Assembly: GCA_000165425.1 (NCBI GenBank)
Contig: CT868658.1
Location: 1 to 64,000, forward strand
Source of the DNA: Paramecium tetraurelia
Taxonomy: Eukaryota
DNA length: 64,000 nucleotides
Direction of reading: 5' to 3'
Positions 14,379 to 28,787 of this stretch are shown here, piece after piece. The notes under the pieces are model-generated. The model was not told the origin of the DNA. It saw only the letters and a program-made list of their open reading frames with translations, and made no database searches. Position 1 is the first letter of the stretch; each line of letters opens with the position of its first letter. A program made the position numbers and the translations under genes.

Positions 14379-15061
14379 ATGGCAGAAGAACAATAACCAT
14401 TTTCATTTACCCCAGAAGGTGGTAGTGCCACGAATTCAACTAAGGATTATACAGGCAAAGGAACAGCCACGTAATTATGTCTTATATCACAACAGTTACC
14501 CAAATGGTGATATTTATGAAGGTTAATATGTGAATGGAGTTAGAGAAGGAAAAGGAAAATATACTTATAATCCTTCAGGGGATAAATACGAAGGAGAATT
14601 TTAAGAGAATTTAAAGCATGGGATTGGAAGATTGATTTATAGTAATAACAAAGGGGAATATTATGGATAGTGGGAACAAGGGCTAAGACATGGAGAAGGA
14701 TTATATACATACGCTAATAAAGATGTGTATTCTGGACAATGGTCAAGAGGAAAGAAGCATGGGTAAGGTACCTATGTTTTTAATGACACTGCCATGAGAG
14801 TATTAATAATATCATATAATCGAATAGTTCAGAGGTACTTGGAATAATAATGAGATTGTTGATGGAGAATGGATTTATCCAAATGGAACAGTTTATAGAG
14901 GACCATTTTAACACAATAAACCTAATGGTGTTGGCAGATTTGAATTTCCTAATAAAAACTAAGTTGAAGGTTTTTATGCATAAACCATTGTTCCTAATGC
15001 TAATCCAGAAGACACTACCTTAAATATATAATTGGAATGGGTAACGACAAAACATAATTGA
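14379..15061 (+). CDS. MORN-repeat protein (radial spoke head RSPH1-like)
   Basis: Tandem YEGQYVNGVREGKGKYTY / YEGEFQENLKHGIG / YYGQWEQGLRHGEG repeats. Two tiny introns. Confidence 0.85.
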
Positions 15062-15623
15062 ATTATACATAATCATTTATTATGTTGTTATTATATATGT
15101 TTCGCATTTCTTTTTAGATTTGGAATTACATTGATTCTTTATTTATTATTATTATTTAGTTATTTCATAAGATTCTACATATTCTTTTCTTATATTTTAT
15201 GTATATCTTATCTTCTATTTCTTTTCTTCTTCATATTTATCATAATGATCATTTAGTTGTAATTTCATCTCTTCTAATCTTGATTCATTTTTAAGGATGG
15301 ACTCTCAATTATTCTTAAAGGGCTTTTGTATTCCTAATTGAATGTACCAAATTCAAGATTACATTATTACTTATCTAGAGAGTTTTTTAATTAAGCTAAC
15401 TTTATTGAGTTAATTTTTCTCAAAATATCAATCAATCACCAAGAAGATGGCTCTGGTATCTTAAAAAATATTGTAATGTTAAGATTATTTCATCTCATAA
15501 ATTAGGATGAATTAAATTTGTGTTGTAATTTTAATAAAATTGTATTTTATATTTCTTTTTAATAATATAATTTAAAATACGATTCCAAGTAGTTACTTAA
15601 AATATCTAAAATATTTTAATTAT

Positions 15624-16559
15624 GTATGAATGGTTAAATGCTAATTCTTCAGAGTGATTTATTGATTAATGGAATTCGGTTTCAAGTGAACAATAATAAA
15701 ATCCTGATGATCCTCCAATTATAACTTATTCTTATGAAAGAGTTTTTTTTATTAAATAAGATTCATTGATTCATGTATTTTGTAAAATTTAACTTGATTA
15801 TAGTTTAATTCTGAATACACCATGCTTATATTACTAATTAATTCAAGTTTGCCTTCTCTAAATTGAGAATTATGGAGATACCAGATTATAAATTCAATAT
15901 TTAAAGTGATAAACCATCATTGCATGAGCAATTAAGGGCTAAGCTTAATCCATTTTAAGTAAAAATAGTATCATGTGAAAATCTTCAAATTTAAGCAGAA
16001 AAATCATACGAATTATGTTACTTCTTCTATATATTTTATATTGGAACCATGATTAATACTAATATGCAAGTTTAAAGGTAAGACATATACTTTAATTCTA
16101 CACACATTTTTTATTGGGAAAAATAGATATTGCAAAATATTTTGAAACTAAACCATTAAAATTTGAATTGCACGACAAAGATGAAGTAGTGAACTGATAT
16201 TAAAGAAGAATTATAATTACAACAAACTTCAATTTAATAACCAATATTTATTATCATGAGTGTATTTGATATTGAGAAAAGGTTTTAAACTGAGGAAGAT
16301 GAAAATAGGCGCTTGAACCTGATTTTACAGTGGATCCAAAGACAGGTAAAAAGATACCGAAAAAGGAATAAAAATAAGAGGAAAAAGATGCAAAAAATAA
16401 AGACAATAAAAAAAAGAATTAAAATTAGATGAACCAAATTTTGGAAGAACTACAAAAAAATAATATAATAATTCCAAGTCGAGCTTTTGAAGAAACTGAA
16501 TCTAATAATTTGGATTTGAATGCAAACACGAGAAGAAACATTCCAAAAATACTTATCAA
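15624..16559 (+). pseudogene. Degenerate CFAP92/KIAA1257-like ciliary protein gene
   Basis: KLNPFQVKIVSCENL and HIFLLGKIDIAKYFETKPLKFELHDKD resemble the CFAP92 C2-like region. In-frame TGA at 15655 and frameshifts near 16110, 16192 and 16325. Confidence 0.45.
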
Positions 16560-16602
16560 ATGCATTAATAAAAAATGATATAATAAATTTTATTATTAAT
16601 TA

Positions 16603-18545
<1,943 letters not shown>

Positions 18546-18615
18546 TTTAAATTTTACTTTTTTTTTGAATTTAATTTGTTATTTTTAGTTCGTTATCACT
18601 ACTACATTAATATAT

Positions 18616-18876
18616 ATGTAGTCCAATCATAAAATTACTCCCAATAATCCATTTTACAAAGGCACTTATCCTTAGACCATCTTAGTAAAGGATAAGTAAT
18701 AACCTTCCAAAACTCGTTATGACAGGTAATCACAACCCATCATAAGAGGCAAAGGCAACCAAGCAGTTACTTTTAAACATGATATTCATTAAATCTACAC
18801 AGTCGAGAATTGGAAGATATATAAAATTGAGAATGAAACTCAACCTAACGAAAACAAATGCTGTTTTATAATCTGA
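18616..18876 (+). CDS. Small 86-aa protein ending in CaaX-like CCFII
   Basis: Intronless code-6 ORF MQSNHK...RYDRQSQPIIRGKGNQAVTFKHDIHQIYTVENWKIY...NKCCFII*. Confidence 0.75.
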
Positions 18877-18914
18877 CTATATTTTATTTATATAAATATA
18901 TATAGTAATAATTT

Positions 18915-20767
18915 TCATCTTAACTTTGATTTCAATTTAGCTTAATACTCTAAATTCTCTTTCTGAACCTTCTCCAACAATTATGATTTCTCCAAAACCT
19001 TCATTCTTAATCGTTCTACTTCTCTTTCTTAAAGTTCACACTTACTCATGAACTCATTCATTGTTATACTATTAAATTTAGTATCCTCTGCAGATTTCTG
19101 TAATTGCTTATGTTGGCTAGCCAAATTTCTGTAATTGTCTGTTTATCTTGATAAATCATTTATCAAACTTTCATTCTACTGTTTTAATATGTTTATCTCT
19201 TCTTCTTTTATTTATAATGATTCTAATAATTCTTCTTAATTTTGATTCTTTCCATTCAAACTCATCAAATCTTTTAGTTGAATTTATAATCTATAAATTT
19301 AATCATCCTTCTATTTTATTATGTTATTCAATCTACTACACTCCTCCCCTAGCATATTGGTTTTGCATTCCAATTCTCGAAAATTCTTACCAAAATATTA
19401 TTATTATTCCTAATGCTGATTTTCTAACTTTTAATTAACCAACTTTAATTATTGATTCTATTCCTTATATCCTAACAATTCTTATTCCAAAAATTCAATC
19501 AACAATTATTTTGATTTATGAATATCTTTTACTTCTTATTCATGATTCTTTTCTTCATTTTCCAAATTCACTTCCAATCTCTTTATTTAATTCTGTTCTC
19601 TAATCTATTACTATTACAATAAACAAATTTGTTCTTATGATTTACCATACATACCAGTTAATTCATTTATTTTCTATTATAATTATTCTTTATGTTATTG
19701 ATATGTCGATTACAAATGATCAAAATCACTTTCTACTTATTTAATTTTATTTGTTAACATATTCTCACTTTACTTTTTCTACTCTGCTACTTCCTTTACT
19801 TTTTCTAATTCATTGGTAAGACCTTAATTTTATTCCCTTTAACAACCTAACTTATTTTTCAAATCACAAACATGTTACTCTTATGAAGTAATTATTGCTT
19901 GTTATTTCAATAAAGTGAATTCTTGATCTTTGGATTAAGAATCAAATTATTAAATTGCTTAGGATAATTTCTCTTCTAGTACATTATTACTTTTTTTTAG
20001 ATTTATTAATTGCCTTTCCTATTTTATTAAATTTAATAATTTACCAATACTGATACTAAATTTTGATTTTTATTTTCAGAATTTGATATTTATGTTAAAT
20101 TTTATTAAAGTCTAGCAATTTCTTATTTTGCTTAAGCTTATTCCTATTTAAGTGCTTATCTATGCTTTGATTCTTATTGTTCCATCTAAAATTTCATAGT
20201 TACGACATCTTGTTTCCAATTCAAATCCATTGATCTAACAGTTTCATTGTGTGTCTTTTCTTATAATTCGTATTTTTATTTTTAATAATCTACATGATTC
20301 TATTGAATATTTATAATTATTTATACTTTAAGATCTTGATTCTCAATGGCTACTTTAGGATCTGATTAAATAATTATTTAAGGTTCTTAGGCTTTGACTT
20401 TTAATTATTAATTTTCTAATTATAACCTATCGATTTCTTTAATGAATGTTTCTAAATCTTAAATTTAGTTATTGATTTTGTTATTATTAGTAGTAGTAAT
20501 AGTAGTTTAAGATGAAATTTTATTAATTTATTATGATTATTGTTATGATTATTATAGTAATTACTATTGTTATTGTTGTTATTACTATTATTATTGTTAT
20601 TATGATTATAATAATATCTATTGTTATGATTATTATTATGATTATACATTTAGTGTATTTGATTTAATAAATGAAAATGATTTCAAATCTTATTTATGAT
20701 CTTGTTTATTTTCTCTTTTATCAATAGAGTTATGCTAAGATAATGGTTATCTAAGAGCTGTATTCAT
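18915..20767 (-). CDS. Coiled-coil protein with N-terminal poly-Gln tract
   Basis: Code-6 ORF MNTALRQPLSQ..., (TAA/CAA/TAG)n polyQ at ~20520-20645, heptad-rich body, ends KLKSKLR*. Interior not fully translated. Confidence 0.7.
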
Positions 20768-20839
20768 TTGCTAAATAATTAACGGATAAAATAAATATAA
20801 ATTTTAATGTGAATTTTTCATTATAAAGTTAATTTGGGT

Positions 20840-21295
20840 TCATTCATTTCTTTTTAACTAAATATAATTAATAGATAATGTTACGTCCACTTATTTCCAC
20901 AGATTGGAGTTTTATTGGCACAAATGTATTGAATAATTATTTCCTTCTCATTCTTATCTGTTTTGAGAAAATAGATTGCCTCATCATAATTGCATCTGAA
21001 TAAACAAGATTTATTACTTGTTGCAAATTACCCTTTTTCTTGGCATTGATGGATCAAGAATAAGAGTATTATCAGTGATATCAATTGCTTTAGCTGCTTG
21101 ATAATCCTTTTTAAGCAAAAGAGCATCTTTATTTAATGTCTTATCAATTTTGACTTCAATGATTCCATTGTCACCACAATCCTGATTTCTACATTTGAAT
21201 TGTAATATCTCAGTATCTGCCCCATCGTGAAATGGTTTGAGTAGATTCTTGCATCTGGGACAGAATCTCCATCCATTGTAATTTTTCACCTCCAT
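20840..21295 (-). CDS. RPB9: RNA polymerase II subunit RPB9 (POLR2I)
   Basis: RFCPRCKNLL Zn ribbon 1, DPSMPR, CNKCNYDEAIYF..YICAN..CGNKW Zn ribbon 2. Two tiny introns. Confidence 0.85.
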
Positions 21296-21314
21296 AATTT
21301 AGTTAAAATAATTA

Positions 21315-22825
21315 ATGGATTTATTATAAGACCCTAAAGGGGATAGACAAGTAGATACGATACCCACTCCACCTCATAGACCATTAAGCGAAGAGTTACT
21401 TTTCATAGATGAGAAGCCTAACTGGAAACTTTTGAAGGAACATCTTTTCAAGGAAGGAAGAATAACAAAAAGCTAGTTAATGAAATTAGTTGATATGTGC
21501 AATTACCATTTAAAAAATGAAGGTAATGTTATATATGTCGATGATCCTCTAACTGTCGTGGGGGATATTCATGGATAATACTATGATTTAATCAAAGTAC
21601 TAGAAATGGGAGGTGATCCAGAATAAGGCAAATATGTATGATTATTTGTGTATTTACATGTTTTTTTAGGTGATTATGTTGACAGAGGTTCCTTTTCAAT
21701 CGAAGTAGTGGTGTTATTATATGCTATGAAAATCTACTACCCTACAAGAGTGTTTCTCCTTAGAGGAAATCACGAATGCAAATAATTAACAAGCTACTTC
21801 AACTTTAGAGATGAATGTCTATATAAATATGACCAAGAAGTCTATGAAGCTATCATGGCATCTTTTGACAATATGCCTTTGGTAGCCCTAATAAATAATA
21901 AATTCTTATGTTTACATGGTGGCATATCTCCAGATCTAAAATCGGTATGAATAGAATAATATATAATTAGTTAGCAGACGTTGAGAGAATAGATAGATTC
22001 AGAGAACCACCAAAGGCGGGATTATTTTGTGATATATTATGGGCTGACCCAGTGGAAAATGAAGAACTTTATGATGAAATTCATTATAGAGGTAATGATA
22101 CTAGAGGTTGTAGTTGGTTTTTTGGAGAAAAGGCAGTTCAACCGTTATTAGACAATAATAAGTTTATTTGCTTAATTAGGGCTCATGAAGCTTAATTAGA
22201 AGGATATAGATTATATAAATACAATGAAAAAATAAAAGAATTTCCTTAAGTATTGACTATATTTAGTGCTCCTAATTATTGTGATGTATATAATAATAAG
22301 GCAGCCATTTTAAAGTTCGAGAATTGCACACTTAACATATCATAATTTGGTTACTCTTAGCATCCGTATTTGCTACCTCACTTTTTAGACATTTTTTCAT
22401 GGTCTATACCATTTGTTACAGAAAAAGTAACTGAAATGCTCAATTATGTCTTATAACCAAGACCTGGTGAAAAAATAGACGATTCAGATGATGAAATACC
22501 AAATGCTTAAGTTATTATCAAATAATAAACATTGGGATAATCCTAATCTAATACTCGTCCCTTAGGAAAATTACAGCAAATAACCAAAAAATAAATTGAT
22601 ATAACCAAATCAAAAATTTCTTTTGTTTCCAAAATGATGAAAATGCAAACAGTACTCAGGTAGGAAAGAGAAAATATCATCAAATTAAAAGGACTATGTC
22701 CTGATAAACGTATCCCAAGAGGAGTCCTATTATAAGGAGCAGAAGGAATTAAAGATGCCCTTGAACATTTCAATACAACCAGGGCTGCAGATAGAATCAA
22801 TGAAAAATGGCCAGAAACTAAATGA
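21315..22825 (+). CDS. CNA: Calcineurin catalytic subunit A (PP2B)
   Basis: GDIHG, GDYVDRG, RGNHE, SAPNYCD, CnB-binding [18 protein letters not shown], CaM-binding helix, autoinhibitory ADRINEKWP. Intron 1 has a non-canonical end (see findings). Confidence 0.93.
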
Positions 22826-22847
22826 TTTATCTACATTATATTTAATA

Positions 22848-24416
22848 ATGAATGAAAAAACTGTTGATAAATATAAATTCTTAACGACTGATCTTCTTGG
22901 AGCAGGGTGGTTCGCAAAGGTATATAAAGGAATTGATACATTAAATAATACTTAAAAAAACGAAATTTTTATATATTTATTAATCAATAATTAAATCGAA
23001 ATGACATTGTACTACAATTAATAGATAAGTTGCTATAAAAATGCTTCCAAAATAAAATATTCTCTAGGAAAAATATCTCATGGAAGGCTTAAGAAGAGAG
23101 TTATCAGTGATGCAAAAACTTAAGGGAAATAATGTTGTTCGTTTATTACACTCTGGAATCATAAAATAATTATTACATAATTCAAGAATATTGTAAAGAT
23201 AGAGATCTAGGAATCTATCTAAAAAAATAGTAATATTTAACAGAGGTTGGAGCAATAAGAATTTTAACAGATATTCTCAATGGCTTTATTGAATTATTAT
23301 AATAAGGTATTATCCATCGTGATTTGAAACCTGCCAATATTCTTGTCCACTAAAATACTTTTAAATTAGGAGGTAATTTATAATTTTAATTTAGATTTCA
23401 GTTTTGCAAAATGTAAATCTAATTTTTAAAGAGATATAATGGAATCTGTTGTTGGAACTCCTCTTTACATGGCACCCTAAATCTTAATGCGAGAAACATA
23501 TACTAGTAAATGTGACATATGGCAATCGGATGCATATTCAGAAGAACTCCATAGGTTGCGAACTCTGTACCCTAATTACTTAATACTATACTGAAATACC
23601 CAGTCTAATTTCCATCTTATATTTCAGCAGAAGCTAAAGACTTTTTATAGAAATGTTTTGAAGTAAATGAGGATAAACGTATTGGCTGGAATGATCTATA
23701 CAGGCATTAGTTAATTTACCCAAAATTTAAGGAACATGTAGATAAAGTTATAAGTATGGAGGCATAGGCAGAATTCATTATTAATGAACTAAGATAAGTA
23801 ATTGTTATCAAATAAATTGATTTATTAGAAACTTGTAAATAGCTATAAATATAAGATAATTAATTTCTGACTTTTAAAGAATTGCAACTTTTATTAAATG
23901 AAATCGATCTTAAACTAAACAGATAACAAATAGAATTCGTTTTTAATATGATTGATGACTAATTAAATCAATTTCTTAGAGTTTTAAAGTTGTCTCTAAT
24001 TACACAGAGTTAGATTAAATTTACAAGAAATTAAAACTGATATATTATATGAAAAACAGTCCATTAATTTAGTTGCCGAAATGGAAAATAGAATTAAAGA
24101 AAATTAAAGATACAATAGAGGAATAAGAAAAAAGCTTAGTTAAATTGTTTAAATTATTTGATAGTGATCTTAATTAAGTGCTCGATCTAGTCGAATTCGT
24201 AAAATTTCTGAGGTAACTAACTATACTTGAATCAATAATTTTAGAACTTTCAATTCAAACATCAACAATGAGGATGCAAGTTTGATTTTCCAACATTTTG
24301 ATAAAAACTGCAAACGAGGCATTGATTTTTTGGAATTAAAGTCAACTTTTTCGAATCTTAACTATGATGGTAGTATTAGCATTTTACTAAATAATATTCA
24401 AGTAAACAAAATATGA
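22848..24416 (+). pseudogene. Ser/Thr kinase with C-terminal EF-hands, disrupted
   Basis: LGAGWFAKVYKG, VAIK, HRDLKPAN and GTPLYMAP present. Lesions: insertion at ~22949-23010, frameshifts near 23148 and 23522, DFG->DFS, deletion after WSIGCIF. Confidence 0.85.
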
Positions 24417-24699
24417 TAAATAATATCAATTATTACTTTAATATTTTGCTATTTATTAAACTCATATCCCTTATATTTTATACTCAAAATTGTTATGTTT
24501 TTATATATCCATAATTTTTATATTTTTACTCAGAGATGGAAGATTATTTGAGTCACTTACTATGGTTAGAAATTAAAAGCCATTTTTTCATTTCACAATT
24601 ACTGATTGTTTTATTTTATCACCCATTGATATCATAAAATCGAATCAATATATTATATTCAACTCTAAAACAAAGAATTTTCATTTTTTGATATTAAGC

Positions 24700-26400
24700 T
24701 TATTGCTGTTAGTGAATTATTATTCCTTTCGATCTTTGTCTTATTAATGTATATTTTTTCATTCTCTTAAGCTTTATACATCTTTTAAAATTTAATTCTA
24801 TTATAATATATCTATGCTAAAAAATATCATTATAGATGAATCTTCCTTTTTATTTATTAGAGCTTTCATTTTCGCTCACATGTGCAATATTAATTTAACT
24901 CTACTTACATAATGAAACAGAAGGCATTCTTAAAAATGAATATTCTGAGAACTCTTTATTCTCAGCAAATTCGGTGAGGCAAAATTAATTAAATTATTTT
25001 AATAAGTTGAAAATTGATTATTATTTTAAAATTATTTCATTGATTTCTTCTTGAAGCTTCCGTTTTTAAAGTTTTTGATTTTGTATTATTGTGCTATCTA
25101 AATCCTGTTAAAGTTGAATTTAGATAAAATGTTGAACTATTTTAATTTAAGTCTTCGCAGTAATTCTACTTAGCAAATACTATAGTAGGATTAAGCTCCA
25201 TTAAATCTTTTTATAACCATTACTATGATTTTGAGTTAATTTGATTTTTCTTTGAAGGGGAAAATCTTCGATCTCTACAATTCTAAATAAATTTAATCTA
25301 ATATCTTTTTGCTAAATCATTAGCATTTTCCTTTTCCTGATTCAATTTAATTGCAAAGTCTTACACTTCTACTCTTAAATCGTTTATTTATGTTGTTAAT
25401 TGATTGATCATCTCATCTTTTTATTTAATTATTTTTATTAATTCTTGCTTATCATTATTTTCGATTGAATTATCGAAGATGCTTACATACAATTAAGTTG
25501 TTTGTTCAATATTCATTTCCATCATGTCATTCTGCCTTTTTTCTTCAGAAATATGATTTAGTTCTTATCCAATTTTCTATTCTCTCAATTTTTGTTCATG
25601 TTCTTACTTCATTTTTTCGGTTCCTTTATTAAATCCTCCTTCAGTTGAGCGAAATTTTTAATTCATCTCTTTATATCTTTTAGAAGGAATAATTTATGAT
25701 TGCTATATATTTGATTACATTACTGAATCCGAAGTGTCTTACTTTTCATCTGAAAAAAAATTATCAATCTTTTTGATCTAATCAGAGAACTTTTTTTAGG
25801 TTTCTCTCGAAAAATTTTCAATTCTTAATGATTGCTACTTAGTATCACTTACACATTCTTAATATTTATCAAAAAGAACTTCATCAAATCTTTTTTGATT
25901 CCTACTATCTATATTGAATTCCACATTTCCATTTTATTATTTGAATTTTTTACATTATTTCCGTATTAGATTTTCTAAATCATCCTGATGGATATTCAAT
26001 TACAATAAGTTCTCTTAGATAACGAGGTTTTATAATAGAACATGAAATTCAATTTCTGTTAACTTATCCTTACAATCTTAATGTTCAATTAAAAATTGAG
26101 CTTTTTCTTCAGACTAAAAAGGTATATAAATTAGGTTCTATTCTTGAAAAGCTATCGGTTTACGTGTTTCTTTTCCTATATAATTCAACTATGTATTTTG
26201 AGTTAAATCTGATGAGTTAATTTAACATTTCACCATTAAATTAAGACAATTAAACCGATCTTATTCAATTTTCATGTCCTTATGTAAATTAATACTTCTT
26301 TTGGACTTTTCTTTTTCATTTTTAGAATTCTCATAATAATATTCAATTGAACCTTCTTTTGCTTATATTTCAAATAACGCCAGATTGTTTTTTCTTGATT
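24700..26400 (-). CDS. Hypothetical coiled-coil protein (ends uncertain, possibly degenerate)
   Basis: Long code-6 frame rich in E/Q/K (read through ~25600-26390). No clean start or stop could be assigned. Confidence 0.4.
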
Positions 26401-26677
26401 TTATTAGCTCACATTTGATCTCAACACTACTATGATATTTCCAAAACAATTTTGAATCAAATAAATCATAACCATTATCGACTTTTAAAATAAATGTATA
26501 AGTATACATAATAATAATAATATCCTTAGAAATACAAGATTTTCCTTTAAGGATTATTATAATTATTGTTTACCTAAAATAGATAAAATTATTATATAGT
26601 TTATATATGTTAATATTTACTTTGGTTTATAAGTAGTTTGCACGCCATAATCAAATGAGTTTTTAATTAATATATAA

Positions 26678-27883
26678 ATGAAAATTTTGGTGCTTTGTTT
26701 AATAGCATTAGTTATAGCTGACAAATTTGATCAATTCAGAGCATTTGATGAAGATGACTTCGGTAGAACTTTGATTGATACATTATAAATGCAAATGAGT
26801 ACAGGTGAACCTATTGCTCGTTTTATTGAGATTATGAGAAGCCTCGAAATCTCAATTGAAGATGAATAAAAGAAGATGACAAAGCTAACAATCAATATTA
26901 AAATTAATGCACAGAAGACATCAAAGTCTTATAATAAGAAAGTGTTAATTTAGAGAGAAGAACTGTTGAAATACAATCAATTTTGGATGAATTAGAACCA
27001 TTAAGATCATACAAATAAGGATAAGCTGATGCTAAGAATGTTTGGAAGGTAGAAACAGAAAAGAAATTAGCTGATTTAGTAAAGAAGAGAGAAACTGAAA
27101 AAGCTGAATTCTATAAGAAAGTTGAAGAACATGATTATGCAACATTTGTCATTGAAACAGTTAGAAGAATGTTTTCTGATAAAAGTTAAATTTTCTTATA
27201 AATGAATAACGAATCATAATGGCAAAAAGTTAGAGATTACTTTATTAATGCATCTGAATAAGCAAGTATATATATCTATTAAAAAATTAGAGAAATTTGA
27301 AATCAAGAAGAGCTATTCTAAAATGTTTAATGTGTTAGCTGAAATTGCAAGTGCTGCTTAAACAGAAGATTTCTAAAATTCACCTACAGTAAGCAGAATT
27401 ATCAATCTTTGCGATTTCATGTTGAAACAAATTGAAGATAGTAAGGCTTTGGAAACAAAGGCTGAGCAAAAGAGTTTGAATATGTTTGTGTTGGAAAAGG
27501 GTAACTTTGACAAGGATTTACCCAGCTTAAATAATGCTCTTGCTTAATTAACTGATGCCATTATAGGTTTAGATAATAGAATCCAAGATTAAAAGAGAGA
27601 CTTAGCTGATTACAATGCCAGATTGGCTGCCAAAAATAAATAAAACGAAGATAGAGGAGGAGAATGTAGAGAAAAAGCATACAATTATTAATTAACTAGA
27701 GAAAAGAGGTAATGTATTTATTCATATGACTTTAGAGAATAAAAAAGATAGTTAGTCTCTTAAATAAGAGGTGCATTTCTCTGCTAATCAAAGAGATTTT
27801 GCAGAATATATTAAATTAAGAGGCTAAGCTGGAGATTTCAGAGGAAAATCTTCTAAATACTAGGCAATCCAACAGAAGATTGA
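26678..27883 (+). pseudogene. Trichocyst matrix protein (TMP)-family precursor with frameshifts
   Basis: Signal MKILVLCLIALVIA, FGRTLIDTLQMQM, EQ(K)EDD..QC, REtEKAEF..KVEEHD, FLQ, second half with EC. 1-nt indels at ~26870, ~27777 and ~27846. Confidence 0.75.
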
Positions 27884-28008
27884 TTATGAATTTTTCTTAA
27901 TAAAAATAATTATTTTAAATTAAATTTATAAAAAAGTTCCAGAATTTCTAAAATCTCGATAAAGTAATAAATTCTGATTTGATTTGATGATTAATTTATG
28001 ATAAATTA

Positions 28009-28430
28009 ATGAAAAATCATTATAATACTTTGGGGCTAGAAAGAGATGCCAAATAAGAGCAAATAAAGGAAGCTTACCATAAATTGGCATTAGAATGCCA
28101 TCCAGTATGATAATATTGTTTAAACTAAGTTAGGACAAGAATATGAATAATAGGACCTAAGCAATCATCTAATTCTAAGAGATTAGCGAGGCCTATAACA
28201 CCTTATCCAAATAAGAATCAAAGAAAATATACGATTATAGTCTTGATAGAAAAGAAATTATCCGAAATGTGACTAAAAAATAATAAGAATAAGAAATGGA
28301 GTTGTATAACTAATTATCTAAAGAATTCAATTTAACTGGTACATACTTAACAAAAGATGAATAAGACACAATAAATAAATTCATGAATAGAATGGAAAAA
28401 TAAAGTAAACGGATTAGAAAAAGATAATGA
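28009..28430 (+). CDS. DnaJ (J-domain) protein
   Basis: NHYNTLGL..IKEAYHKLALECHP|DKN (HPD split by a 29-nt intron), FQEISEAYNTLS..YD. Confidence 0.9.
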
Positions 28431-28787
28431 ATTTTTATAATTATCTATAAAATTGCTTCATTAATTTTATAATTTATATTCACTTTTCTCCTTAAAATTA
28501 TAATCATAGATTTTAATAATTTCTTTCTAATTAAAAATAAATAAATTTTTTAAGCAATCAGTATTTTAACTTTATTTTTTTTAGAAGAATTTGATGTTTT
28601 GAATAGTAAGATAGATGCTTTTTTGATAGAAATTTCGTAAGGATTCTGTATTTATGATTTAAATTTTTTATTAAAAACTATCAATAACATTATTAAGAGT
28701 AAAAATTAAGTAATCTGATTAGAAATTTACTTATTTTGAAAAATAAGTTTAATGATATATATAATTTAATTTAATACATTAAATATA

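Noticed and set aside
20452..20649. ORF-track poly-Asn protein / (TTA)n microsatellite
   Set aside because: Wrong frame. It is a TAA/CAA/TAG polyQ tract within the 18915-20767 gene.
21633..21656. Calcineurin insert as an IES
   Set aside because: TA-to-TA excision would be 22 bp, below the ~26-bp minimum, and does not restore the frame.
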